From an uncultured Sangeribacter sp. (GTDB taxonomy: Bacteria; Bacteroidota; Bacteroidia; Bacteroidales; Muribaculaceae), in assembly GCA_964640375.1 (NCBI GenBank), contig CAZXGU010000001.1, forward strand, positions 1 through 55,254: a stretch of 55,254 bases of DNA. The letters run 5' to 3'. Below the pieces are notes generated by a model. The model saw only the letters and a list, made by a program, of their open reading frames with translations, was not told the DNA's origin and searched no databases. The stretch's first letter is position 1. Each line of letters opens with the position of its first letter. This document shows, in pieces, positions 26,993-37,237 of this stretch. Both the position numbers and the translations under genes were made by a program.

Positions 26993-29983
26993 TTAAAGAA
27001 TCACCTTCTTGCCTGCAACAATGTAGAGTCCCTTAGGAAGCTCGATGTTATTAACACCTTCTTTCACAGTCACATTGAGAGTCATTCCGTCAACGCGATT
27101 CACTGTTAAAGTGACATTTTCTTCAGAAACAATCTGTAATTTACCATTCACAGCTCCAACCTTAATACCGGAGTAGTTTATCTCCTTTACACCAGTAGTT
27201 AAAGTTTTGCCGGAATATCCTGTGGAGGTATAGATACCATTGGGTATAAATTCGAGGTCGCTTGTTTGTTGACTCCCGTTGTTGAAAATGATCATCATCT
27301 TAGGATTGGCATCCGTAACAGTGCAGCTGAATTTGTGATAGCCGGTAGTCTGATCCAATTCCATTTCCTGGCCTGGCCAGTTGCCCCCCGAATAGTTCTT
27401 GTTGTTGTTGGCATCCCAAACCCATGCTTTTACAGGATTCCAATTGGAAGAACTATTATCAAAATAAGCAGTATAGGTTGTGGGATCGGTCGGTTCAATA
27501 GGAGGAATAGGATCATCGGGAATTTCGCCTGCACCCTCGATAGTTTTTTGATAACCTGAGAATGTGTAGTAGCCTCCATTCTTCCATACAAGATCGGCAG
27601 TTTGAGAGCCACCGGAGCTGAATATTACGCCGGCTTTGTCGGAGATTTTACCGCTTCCTGTATAGGTCCACTTGTAAATGCCATTTCCAAGGTAGGTCAT
27701 TGCTGAGCCAGACCATGCTCCGGCATACTTGGTGTTACCTTCCCAAACATAAACGTTAACGCCTTTCCAACCGTTATCAGCTTCGAAAAAGACAGCCTGT
27801 TCGCCCTCATCCATTGCAGGAGCAATAGGTTCTTCCGGTTCTTCTACCAGGCCACCGCCGCCACCGTTGCCGTTGGGTTTCTCTGTCCAAGTTTCATCAG
27901 GCATCGTCTCATCGGGCCAAGTCTGCCAATTGCCGGCAACTGAAGTTGTGGTGTAGAGGTATTTCCCGTCTTCGCCAACCTTTCCAGGTGCTTTAGTCTT
28001 ATCAGTGTCGAGCACATAAACGCGGATGTTACCTTTACCCGAACATTTGGCTGTAAGTTTGCCATCGGTCACATTCTGAACGTCGCCTGTAACAGCGTCA
28101 ACGTAGCGACCATTAAGAACGCCTGTGAAAGTGGCATCTCCTGAAATGGTGACAAGAGCGTAGGAATCAACTTTATTGTCGGTGTAGCGGCGTTTGAAAG
28201 CCATCTTGCCTGAGCATCCCTCGTTGCTATACTGTCCTTTGCGCAATGCGGGAACAGCAGCACGAATCTTGTTCAAACGCTGGATATGGAGAGCCAAAGG
28301 ATAGGAAAGGGTAGACGCCATGTTGCCTGTTGCACCGTCATACTCAGCAAAATCCTTAACATTCACATCTCCCTCAATGTATCCTCCGAAATAAGCACGA
28401 CCAGTCTCCTTGAGAGCCAAGATTGCTCCCTTGTCGATATCCTTTCCTTTCTGGAACTCCACTTCCGATCCATAATATAGACAGGGGATTCCGCGGAATG
28501 TGAACATCAGAGAAAGATTTTCAGCCCATGTGGCTTGGTCTCCCTTGAAGCGATAATTGCTATCGGGAGCATAGTCGTGGGAATCAACATACACCACATT
28601 ATATGTCGCATCATTATATAGGTCGTCTTGCGTGCGCACTCCGTATGCCCCGGAAGCTGAATTAAAATTCCAGTGCATTGCAAAGTCGATCACATTCAGT
28701 CCTGAATGTTGTGAATGATCAGGTGAATGATATTCATTTCCGTTGAGCTTATGATTGTTGCTTTTCTTAAGGATAGAAGCAGCGTGTCCTTTGTCATCTA
28801 TGCCCGACTGGAGACATGATTCCCAGTTGACATGTCCGCTCACTGTTTCATAATCTTGCGAACCCTCTGTCTTTGAGGGAACAGCAACAACATTATCCCA
28901 TGAGGCGGGATCATAGTCCCACGGATAATTCTTGCTTTCTTTCCATGTATAATAGCAAGGAGAGCAGTTATAGTTGTCACCACGATAAATCACCTCCATG
29001 GAGCGGGCACAAACCTCTCCATACATGAAGAAGGGTGTGTTGCCACGCTTTTGAATTGCCTCTGGAGAATTTGCTGCCTCTATGAATTGGGGAATGAAGT
29101 TATTATTAAAGGCAAGACGGGGAATATGACCGGCTGTGTCGATACGGAATCCGTCGAGACCCATCTTAATGAATTTTGAGTAGCAATCCACAAGATGTTT
29201 CGACACTCCGGGATGTTCCGTGTTAAGGTCAACGCAGTCGCCGGCTATCTGTCCCCACCAGCGGGAGGGGTCATCCCAGTCGAACCATGCTTTATGATGA
29301 TAATAGTTGTGCGTATCTTTATTGGTGAAGTCGCTATTCTTCATCAAAGCCAAACGCGAACCGTATTGGTCGGCAGGCTGAAGCTGTAGATAATTGTCGG
29401 GCAGAACTCCGCCATCCTTGATGGTGAGAGGAATCATCGACTCATTGATATCGGCAAGGTTTTTAGTGTAGTCCTTCTTGAACATAGGAGCCAATGTGCT
29501 TTCTCCGAAATTGCCGGTGTGCTGAATCACTATGTCGAGGATAAGTTTCATTCCGCGCTTGTGAACTTCATCAATAAGTTTTTGGAAAGCTACATCAGCG
29601 TCGGCTGCCGTTGCCTCCTTATTCACATAACGGTGGTCAACCTTGGAGAAATCCATTGCATGATAGCCATGATAGTCAAGACCGGAAGCGTTTTCAACTA
29701 TAGGAGTGATCCAGACTGCAGTGAAACCAAGAGCTTTTATATAATCGAGTTTGTCGATAAGTCCTTGGAAGTCGCCACGCCATTCCGGGTCGTTGATATT
29801 ATTAACTCCATCCCAGCAATACACATTATTTGCCGGGTCGCCGTCATAGAAACGGGTGGTCATCGCGAAATAGATTGTTTCATCGCGGAAGTCTGTGCGG
29901 TCGCCTACAAAAGTGGCTGCAAGCGAGGCCATTGCTGAGGATGCAATGGTGGCTCCGCATAGCATTTGTCGTAAAAAATTCAT
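26993..29983 (-). CDS. GH13 alpha-amylase with two CBM26-like starch-binding modules and T9SS C-terminus
   Basis: DFRDETIYF..TTRFYDGD, YHGY, DGFRIDTAGH (nucleophile), GEV (acid/base), VDSHD; VYVW..Y.G.W.G..M..VIF repeats; GLYIVAGKKVIL. Confidence 0.92.
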   Translation of the reverse strand: MNFLRQMLCGATIASSAMASLAATFVGDRTDFRDETIYFAMTTRFYDGDPANNVYCWDGVNNINDPEWRGDFQGLIDKLDYIKALGFTAVWITPIVENASGLDYHGYHAMDFSKVDHRYVNKEATAADADVAFQKLIDEVHKRGMKLILDIVIQHTGNFGESTLAPMFKKDYTKNLADINESMIPLTIKDGGVLPDNYLQLQPADQYGSRLALMKNSDFTNKDTHNYYHHKAWFDWDDPSRWWGQIAGDCVDLNTEHPGVSKHLVDCYSKFIKMGLDGFRIDTAGHIPRLAFNNNFIPQFIEAANSPEAIQKRGNTPFFMYGEVCARSMEVIYRGDNYNCSPCYYTWKESKNYPWDYDPASWDNVVAVPSKTEGSQDYETVSGHVNWESCLQSGIDDKGHAASILKKSNNHKLNGNEYHSPDHSQHSGLNVIDFAMHWNFNSASGAYGVRTQDDLYNDATYNVVYVDSHDYAPDSNYRFKGDQATWAENLSLMFTFRGIPCLYYGSEVEFQKGKDIDKGAILALKETGRAYFGGYIEGDVNVKDFAEYDGATGNMASTLSYPLALHIQRLNKIRAAVPALRKGQYSNEGCSGKMAFKRRYTDNKVDSYALVTISGDATFTGVLNGRYVDAVTGDVQNVTDGKLTAKCSGKGNIRVYVLDTDKTKAPGKVGEDGKYLYTTTSVAGNWQTWPDETMPDETWTEKPNGNGGGGGLVEEPEEPIAPAMDEGEQAVFFEADNGWKGVNVYVWEGNTKYAGAWSGSAMTYLGNGIYKWTYTGSGKISDKAGVIFSSGGSQTADLVWKNGGYYTFSGYQKTIEGAGEIPDDPIPPIEPTDPTTYTAYFDNSSSNWNPVKAWVWDANNNKNYSGGNWPGQEMELDQTTGYHKFSCTVTDANPKMMIIFNNGSQQTSDLEFIPNGIYTSTGYSGKTLTTGVKEINYSGIKVGAVNGKLQIVSEENVTLTVNRVDGMTLNVTVKEGVNNIELPKGLYIVAGKKVIL

Positions 29984-30271
29984 GGTTGTTTAATTAAGTT
30001 AAGCATTTGTAAAATGGTGCCTAAAACAATTTTGAGAGGTTTTTAATTTTTCCCTCTATCGCTAAATTGATAGCAAAATTAGAAAAATCAGTTAATTTCG
30101 CAAAACCAATTGAATGAGAGATATACTAATCGAAAGTGTATAAAAATTACAAAAATATTGATTTTTAAATGGTTATCACACAATATGTTTGACAACAATA
30201 TTTTACAACATATTGCCAATCTAAACCATCAACAGAAAGGGCTTGCTTCTATTGCAGTTTTTTCTCCTATC

Positions 30272-31651
30272 TCATTGAAAAGACTCGGGCCAATTATTCC
30301 TTTTCAAAAGCCATTTCAGCCAGCCGGGTAGCCGGCTAAAGTTGTCAGAAACCATATTCGCAAGTTTTCCTACTCCTGCGTTATAACCTTTCTGATAACC
30401 CTCATCAATATGTTTATCTTTTAGTTTTCTCACATTACTCTCCGCGTTTTTTGCTCTTGAATATAGTGTTTCGGCATCCTCACGGAGTTTGTTAAGTGCG
30501 TACCTCTCATTTCTCAGGCGTTCATGCTCCAGAGCCCTGTTTTTCCTCATGCCAATAACATTGAGTCGGGTATGGGAGGAAAGATAAGTGATTCCGCATT
30601 TTTCACATCTTGTAAGTTTGTTGCTTCCGACCCATTCATTTTTAGAAACCTCATGACCACATGCAGGGCACTTTGCAATATGATAACCTAAGTTATCTAA
30701 ATCCACGTTGGCATTATCCTCAATCAAATCAAGGATAAAAGCGTCCATGCTGCTTAGGAAACGTTTTTCTTCTTTTGGTTTTTCCTCCTTCGGCTGATTT
30801 GGGTTTTCAACGTGCCACTCATAGACATGTCTGAAAGTTTGGAGAGCATTCACCTTTCCACCCTTTTTCATTTCCCCACATTTTTCGAGGCGCGCCGAGA
30901 CTTCACGCATTTTAGAAGCATTCTTGGTATATGCTTGTTGAAGGAGATTGATGAGGGCAAGAATTTTTCGCTGCTCCTCCGCCATCTCCTTCTCTTCCCT
31001 TATCATTATCTGACGGATAAATGTGGTTTTATCCTCAGTTTCATTCCAATGGTCGGTTGTTTCGCTCAAGAAAATGTCGTTTTCAATATCGCTTCGTTTG
31101 ATAAAGTTATAGTTCCGCCCCATTAGATTCATTATATGACATGCATGGAGATACATCGGGAACTCAAGATATCCCAATTTGAATTTTTGCCCTAAATAGC
31201 CCTCCTTTATGAGTTTTCCAAAACCTATGTAGATAGTGCATAGGTCGGTCATTATTTCGTTATGGATGGAATCGTCTTCCTTATCCAAACTGTGAATATA
31301 GACAACCCTATGACATATTTCATGGGCAAGAGTGGCACGTATAGCTAAAGGATCATTTATATATTTTTCAGATACCGTGATATGGATTTGGTTGGAGAAT
31401 TTTCGTGCATCAGAAATGTAACCTGCCATTGACTTATCTGTCTCCGCAAACCTGCAAACAGGAGTCACGTAGCCCAGGCCAGCAAACAGAAGCATTTTTC
31501 CTGCCTCCTTATTAAGAGATTCAGTAGTTACAGGTGCCTCAAAAGCATCCCCCTGATATAGGGAGTTATCTTTCTTTTGAATATTATTGTCGAGAGCACA
31601 TAGATATTTCAAAAGATTGCGGGGGGAAAGATAAATTTGTTTGGTGTCCAT
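30272..31651 (-). CDS. HExxH (ImmA/IrrE-like) metallopeptidase domain + coiled coil + Zn-ribbon protein (start 31651 or 31690)
   Basis: TLAHEICH followed by NEIMTDL..IYIGFG; CPACG...CEKCG; helical C-terminus; no signal peptide. Confidence 0.7.
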   Translation of the reverse strand: MDTKQIYLSPRNLLKYLCALDNNIQKKDNSLYQGDAFEAPVTTESLNKEAGKMLLFAGLGYVTPVCRFAETDKSMAGYISDARKFSNQIHITVSEKYINDPLAIRATLAHEICHRVVYIHSLDKEDDSIHNEIMTDLCTIYIGFGKLIKEGYLGQKFKLGYLEFPMYLHACHIMNLMGRNYNFIKRSDIENDIFLSETTDHWNETEDKTTFIRQIMIREEKEMAEEQRKILALINLLQQAYTKNASKMREVSARLEKCGEMKKGGKVNALQTFRHVYEWHVENPNQPKEEKPKEEKRFLSSMDAFILDLIEDNANVDLDNLGYHIAKCPACGHEVSKNEWVGSNKLTRCEKCGITYLSSHTRLNVIGMRKNRALEHERLRNERYALNKLREDAETLYSRAKNAESNVRKLKDKHIDEGYQKGYNAGVGKLANMVSDNFSRLPGWLKWLLKRNNWPESFQ

Positions 31652-31956
31652 ATCAAGAAAATATATAATAGTGAATTTAACAGATGGCATTTTAATTGAG
31701 TCATGGAATCGACTACATCGCCGTAAAGTTAACTAATTTAAAATATAAAAGCAAGTGTTTTGACATATTATTATCCTTATTTTTTAAAAGGGAGGATACC
31801 TTCATTAAAACAAGGAGAAATAAATATTATAGGAATATGTTTTATAACATATTGATGCGTATGAATTAATATGTAATAAATTAGTAAATTTGTGGCAAAT
31901 TTTTGTTTTTCATAGTCCGTTCCAAACGGATTTGGCTTATCTAAATTAATTACTTT

Positions 31957-34900
31957 ATGCAACTTTACAGTAAATGGATTGCGGGAGCGATTCTTGGTAG
32001 TTGTGCATTGATGCCGATGTCAGGCTTTGCCGCATCGAACTTCGAGGCCAACCGTACAGACTTCCGTGACGAAACGATCTATTTTGCGATCACCACTCGT
32101 TTTTATGATGGGGATCCAATGAATAATGTTCTATGCTGGGATGGTGTGGAACATCAGAAAGCAAACAATGACCCTGCTTGGCGTGGTGACTTCGCAGGTC
32201 TGATCCAGAAACTTGATTATATCAAGGCTCTTGGATTCACAGCCATCTGGATCACCCCGGTTGTGCAGAATGCATCCGGCTATGACTATCACGGCTATCA
32301 TGCAATGGACTTCTCAAAAGTGGATCTCCGATATGAGAGCCGCACGGAATGGGGATGTGCTGAAGATGTGAAGTTTGAAGATTTCATTAAGGCAGCCCAT
32401 GAGAAGGGTATAAAAGTTATTCTCGATATTGTTCTCCAACATACCGGAAACTTTGGAGAAAATAAATTTTGTAAGCTCTTTGAACGCGATCAGAATATTA
32501 AAAATCAGGCAGATATCGAGTCGTGTTTAATTCCAGATGAAGAAAAACTTGGCGGTCAGTCTTATTGGGATCTTCCTAATGAAGGAGATAGAACTCAATA
32601 TAAGGAGCGTTTCAAGTACATCAAGAACACCGATGGACAAAACCATGATGATAAGAACTATTGGCATCATGTCTCTACTTCATGGAACTGGGATCTCCCC
32701 AACCGTTGGTGGGGGCAGATTGCCGGTGACTGTGTCGATCTAAATACAGAGAATCCGGCAGTGGTGGATTATATTGCCGAATGCTATGAAAAGTTTATAG
32801 CAATGGGTGTGGATGGTTTCCGAATTGATACAACTGGTCATATCGCGCCACTTACCTTCAACTCTGCATTTATTCCAAGATTTACTCAATTTGCTGAGAC
32901 TGAGGAAGGTAAGAAGAATCGTTTAAATCATGGAAGCACTCCTTTCTATATGTTTGGAGAATGCTGTGCTCGTTACGGTTCCGTAATATATAGAGAACAG
33001 CATGTTCTCTCAAGTCATTACTATACTTGGAAATCAGATCCTGCGTTAGTCACTGAATGGAAAAGTTTTTCAGCAGATTGGTGGGCTAATCAGTTTGTAA
33101 AAGAGGGTGCAGAACCTCTTGGAAATATGTTGACATGTGAGAAAGATCCGGGAACGGTTCATAATTCTAAAAATGTCTTCATGCAGAATGGAGCATGGCA
33201 TGAACCTGATTATTCAGAGGCTTCAGGATTCAATGTGATCGACTTCCCGATGCACTATAATTTCAATTCAGCTGAACAAGCTGTGAACATTGCTAAGTCA
33301 GGTGACCATTTTTATAATGATGCATCTTGGAATGTTGTATATGTGGATTCGCATGACTATTGCCCTGGTCCGAATGATGGTGTTCGTTTCACTGGAGGAA
33401 CAGAGCAGTGGGCAGAGAACCTCTCTTTAATGTTCACCTTCCGTGGCATCCCATGTATCTATTATGGTTCAGAGGTTGAATTCCAGAAAGGAAAGACCAT
33501 AGATGAAGGCCCAGCTCTGGCATCTGTTAATTCTGGACGAGCTTATTATGGTGAATATCTGGAGGGAAATGTCAATGCTACTGATTTCGGTGTTTATACT
33601 GCTGATGGAAATGTTTCCAAAACTCTTGATGGAGACTTGGCTCACCATGTTCGCCGTCTCAACCAGATTCGTCAAGCTTGTCCCGCGCTCCGTAAAGGTC
33701 AGTACACTTGGGACGGATGTAGTGCAAACGGTGGTTGGGCTTTCAAGCGTGCCTATAAGGACTCTTATGCATTGGTAGCAATTAACGGTGGTGCTACATT
33801 TTCTAATGTGCCCGCGGGTACATATACAGACCTTGTAACAGGAAAAAAATACAATGGTGGTGGCACTATCACTGTATCTGCCCCCTCAAATAAAGGTCAG
33901 CTCCGTGTTTTAGTAAAGGATTGGACCGGTGAAAAGGTTGGAGATGATGGTAAATTTATGTATGACCAGTCGCCCAAGAGCCATGGTGGAAGTGTGACTT
34001 TCCCTCATAAGGGAACCACTCATTACTACACGAAGGAAGATGCTCCAGGCCCGTCGATTGCCACTGTTAGCTTCTCACCCGCAGGTGGTTCATTCAAGAC
34101 TGAAACACAGTCTGTAACTGTTACCCTTTCAGACGCATCTGTAAGCGGATGGTATCAGGTGGCTGGTCAGAGTCGTGTAAATCTCTCTCCCTCCAACCGC
34201 ACAAGCACTTTCACTATCGGTAACGGTATGAACTTTGGTGAAACCATTACTGTGAACTGGGGTGCAACTGATGCCGAGGGACAACAGAAAACCGGTAGCG
34301 TAACTTACAAGAAAGTTGATCCCAATGCGGTTATAACAGTTTACGTGAAGAGCCCCAACGGTAATGGTAATATCTACGCCTGGGATAATGGCACTCCGAA
34401 AAAAGAGCCATACGGAGCATGGCCCGGTGCGGCAATTTCATCCGGCGAAAGGGTGGTGGTTGGTGACGACACTTATTATGGCTTCATGATGACCGACTGT
34501 GAAACAGTGAATGTGATCTTTAATAATGGTGGCGCTCAGACTGGAAACATAGAAGGTATAACGGAGGATACATATTTTGATTATGATGGCGGCTCAACTG
34601 CTAATAAAATTGAAAATGTGAATCCGATTCCGCAGGCTTCTGTGATTTTCAATCCTAACGGAGGAAACTTCTCTGAGGATGTTATCACTGTAACTGCCAC
34701 TGCCAAGAACGCTACTTCTGCATGGTATAAGATTGGTAACGGTGCTCAGCAGAACTTCTCTAACACAGCCTCGTTCCAAATCGGTAGCGGCATGAGCGAT
34801 GGCGATTCAGTGACAGTAAGCTGGGGGGCTACTAACAATGAAGGCACAACACGCACAGGCAATGTTACGTTCACCAAGAAAATCAATGGTGGTGGTAACG

Positions 34901-35331
34901 ATGAGCCAGAAGGCAACTTGGTGATTTACTATGATAATTCCTTTACTAACTGGAATACCGTTAAGGTTCACTTCTGGGGTGGCTCTGAAGCAACACAATG
35001 GTCGGGTAATGAGATGACAAAACTTCCTTGCGGTCATTACTACTACTCTCTTCCCGAAGGAACAAACGGCCTTGTGTTCAACAATGGATCAGGTGACCAG
35101 ACTAATGATGTAACAACAGTGACTCATAAGGCTCTTTATAAAGGCACAGGAAACCGTAATTTTGAAACGGGAACTCATAGCTGCGCCCCCTCTGGAGTGG
35201 GTTATGTATTCTCAGATGAGGACGCTCCCGCTGAGCTTTACAATCTCCAGGGTGTACGTGTCACTAACCCGGGCCCCGGTATATACATCGCTGTCAAGGG
35301 TAAGAAATCTAAGAAAATAATCATTAGATAA
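31957..35331 (+). CDS. GH13 alpha-amylase with Ig-like and CBM26/CBM25-like modules and T9SS C-terminus
   Basis: Same motifs as the 996-aa paralog (DGFRIDTTGH, GECCAR, VDSHD); two FSPAGG/FNPNGG Ig-like repeats alternating with starch-binding modules; YNLQGVRV..GIYI..KKIIIR. Confidence 0.92.
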   Translation: MQLYSKWIAGAILGSCALMPMSGFAASNFEANRTDFRDETIYFAITTRFYDGDPMNNVLCWDGVEHQKANNDPAWRGDFAGLIQKLDYIKALGFTAIWITPVVQNASGYDYHGYHAMDFSKVDLRYESRTEWGCAEDVKFEDFIKAAHEKGIKVILDIVLQHTGNFGENKFCKLFERDQNIKNQADIESCLIPDEEKLGGQSYWDLPNEGDRTQYKERFKYIKNTDGQNHDDKNYWHHVSTSWNWDLPNRWWGQIAGDCVDLNTENPAVVDYIAECYEKFIAMGVDGFRIDTTGHIAPLTFNSAFIPRFTQFAETEEGKKNRLNHGSTPFYMFGECCARYGSVIYREQHVLSSHYYTWKSDPALVTEWKSFSADWWANQFVKEGAEPLGNMLTCEKDPGTVHNSKNVFMQNGAWHEPDYSEASGFNVIDFPMHYNFNSAEQAVNIAKSGDHFYNDASWNVVYVDSHDYCPGPNDGVRFTGGTEQWAENLSLMFTFRGIPCIYYGSEVEFQKGKTIDEGPALASVNSGRAYYGEYLEGNVNATDFGVYTADGNVSKTLDGDLAHHVRRLNQIRQACPALRKGQYTWDGCSANGGWAFKRAYKDSYALVAINGGATFSNVPAGTYTDLVTGKKYNGGGTITVSAPSNKGQLRVLVKDWTGEKVGDDGKFMYDQSPKSHGGSVTFPHKGTTHYYTKEDAPGPSIATVSFSPAGGSFKTETQSVTVTLSDASVSGWYQVAGQSRVNLSPSNRTSTFTIGNGMNFGETITVNWGATDAEGQQKTGSVTYKKVDPNAVITVYVKSPNGNGNIYAWDNGTPKKEPYGAWPGAAISSGERVVVGDDTYYGFMMTDCETVNVIFNNGGAQTGNIEGITEDTYFDYDGGSTANKIENVNPIPQASVIFNPNGGNFSEDVITVTATAKNATSAWYKIGNGAQQNFSNTASFQIGSGMSDGDSVTVSWGATNNEGTTRTGNVTFTKKINGGGNDEPEGNLVIYYDNSFTNWNTVKVHFWGGSEATQWSGNEMTKLPCGHYYYSLPEGTNGLVFNNGSGDQTNDVTTVTHKALYKGTGNRNFETGTHSCAPSGVGYVFSDEDAPAELYNLQGVRVTNPGPGIYIAVKGKKSKKIIIR

Positions 35332-35371
35332 CAATTCATATTAGATAGACAGTTAATAGTATGAGAAGAGG

Positions 35372-35406
35372 AGTGCGTCGGACTGGTTCCGGCGCACTTT
35401 TTTTTG
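35372..35406 (+). terminator. Intrinsic terminator
   Basis: agtgcgtcgga / tccggcgcact stem followed by a T-run. Confidence 0.85.
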
Positions 35407-35533
35407 TTGCAGCTGTCTTATTTAAAATGCACACATCGAATGAAAAAGTGTAAACTTTTATGTAGAAATAGGTTAAAAATATAAGCAAAAAGAAAGAATT
35501 AAGGATAAAAATATAAAATTGTGACAAATAGCT

Positions 35534-35563
35534 TTTGAATAATAGAAATAATTGTTAACTTTG
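35534..35563 (+). promoter_or_regulatory. leu operon promoter
   Basis: TTTG (35534-35537)-N18-TAACTTTG (35556-35563). Confidence 0.6.
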
Positions 35564-35703
35564 CGAACTCATTTCGGGTGATTATTCTTCATTCGAAATT
35601 ATATTTTTTTACTTTCCTTTCGGGGATTTCCAAAGGAAGGTGATAAATGTTGCTTACAGAAACTTTTTGATAACAGGTAAAAAGGTCAATAAAGGTAAAG
35701 CCC

Positions 35704-37200
35704 ATGAGTGATAGATTGTATATTTTCGACACCACGCTCCGTGATGGCGAGCAGGTGCCGGGCTGTCAGCTCAACACTGTTGAAAAAATCCAGGTTGCGC
35801 GGCAGTTGGAAGCATTAGGCGTAGATGTGATAGAGGCGGGATTCCCCGTTTCCAGTCCGGGTGATTTCAACTCGGTTATCGAAATTTCAAAGGCCGTGAC
35901 ATGGCCCACAATCTGTGCGCTTACACGCGCCGTCGAGAAAGATATTGAGGTTGCCGCCGAAGCTCTGAAATATGCCAAAAGAAAAAGAATCCACACCGGC
36001 ATAGGAACCTCCGACTCGCATATTAAATATAAATTCAATTCCAACCGCGAAGAGATTATCGAACGCGCTGTGGCTGCCGTGAAATATGCACGCAGATTTG
36101 TGGATGACGTTGAGTTTTACGCAGAGGATGCCGGTAGAACAGATAATGAATACCTTGCCCGTGTGGTCGAGGCTGTGATACGTGCCGGCGCTACTGTGGT
36201 TAATATCCCCGACACCACCGGTTATTGTCTCCCGTCGGAATATGGCGATAAAATCCGTTTCCTCATGGAGAATGTTAACGGAATTGAGAACGCCATCTTG
36301 TCCACTCACTGTCATAACGATCTCGGTATGGCGACGGCCAACACCATGGCCGGTGTCTTGAACGGTGCCCGTCAGGTGGAAGTGACCATAAACGGCATCG
36401 GCGAGCGTGCAGGAAACACTTCGCTTGAAGAAGTGGCCATGATTATTAAGTGTCACAAAGATATAGATATAGTTACCAATATCAACACTCAGAAGATATA
36501 TCCGGCCAGCCGAATGGTGTCTTCTCTGATGAATATGCCGGTACAGCCTAACAAGGCGATAGTGGGGCGTAATGCTTTTGCTCATTCTTCAGGTATTCAT
36601 CAAGACGGCGTTTTGAAGAATGTCCAGACCTATGAGATTATCGATCCTCACGATGTTGGAATCGACGACAATTCAATCGTGCTGACAGCCCGTAGCGGAC
36701 GAGCCGCCTTGAAGAGCCGATTGAATGCTCTTGGTGTGGAACTCACACAAGAGAAGCTCGACAAGATTTATCAAGACTTCCTTAAGCTTGCAGACAAGAA
36801 GAAAGATATCAATGACGACGACATCCTTCTTCTTGCCGGAGCAGACCGCACCAACAATCATCGCATTAAGTTGGAATATCTTCAAGTCTCAAGCGGTGTC
36901 GGCGTTCGTTCGGTTGCAAGTCTTGGCCTTAATATTGCCGGTGAAAGCTTTGAAGATTCGGCAAGCGGAAACGGTCCGGTGGATGCTGCCATCAAGGCAT
37001 TGAAGAAGATAATCAATCGCAAGATGACCTTGAAGGAATTCACCATCCAGGCAATCAACAAAGGAAGTGATGATGTTGGTAAGGTTCACATGCAGGTGGA
37101 ACACGACGGCCATGTATATTATGGTTTCGGAGCAAACACCGATATTGTGGCTGCATCCGTAGAGGCCTATATTGACTGCATCAATAAATTCAATTCATAG
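35704..37200 (+). CDS. leuA: 2-isopropylmalate synthase
   Basis: [38 protein letters not shown] regulatory domain. Confidence 0.97.
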   Translation: MSDRLYIFDTTLRDGEQVPGCQLNTVEKIQVARQLEALGVDVIEAGFPVSSPGDFNSVIEISKAVTWPTICALTRAVEKDIEVAAEALKYAKRKRIHTGIGTSDSHIKYKFNSNREEIIERAVAAVKYARRFVDDVEFYAEDAGRTDNEYLARVVEAVIRAGATVVNIPDTTGYCLPSEYGDKIRFLMENVNGIENAILSTHCHNDLGMATANTMAGVLNGARQVEVTINGIGERAGNTSLEEVAMIIKCHKDIDIVTNINTQKIYPASRMVSSLMNMPVQPNKAIVGRNAFAHSSGIHQDGVLKNVQTYEIIDPHDVGIDDNSIVLTARSGRAALKSRLNALGVELTQEKLDKIYQDFLKLADKKKDINDDDILLLAGADRTNNHRIKLEYLQVSSGVGVRSVASLGLNIAGESFEDSASGNGPVDAAIKALKKIINRKMTLKEFTIQAINKGSDDVGKVHMQVEHDGHVYYGFGANTDIVAASVEAYIDCINKFNS

Positions 37201-37231
37201 AATATCCAAAAAAGTCATAGAATATCCAAAA
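37195..37231 (+). repeat. 17-bp direct repeat with 20-bp period at the leuA-leuC junction
   Basis: tcatagaatatccaaaa at 37195-37211 and 37215-37231. Confidence 0.85.
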
Positions 37232-37237
37232 GACAGC

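Noticed and set aside
31916-31930. tccgtt-cca-aacgga inverted repeat before the second amylase
   Set aside because: Only 6-bp arms, and no matching copy was seen at the other amylase promoter.
26993-35331. Amylase paralogs as inverted repeats of an invertible segment
   Set aside because: Nucleotide sequences differ at many synonymous sites, no long identical tract was seen, and there is no invertase.
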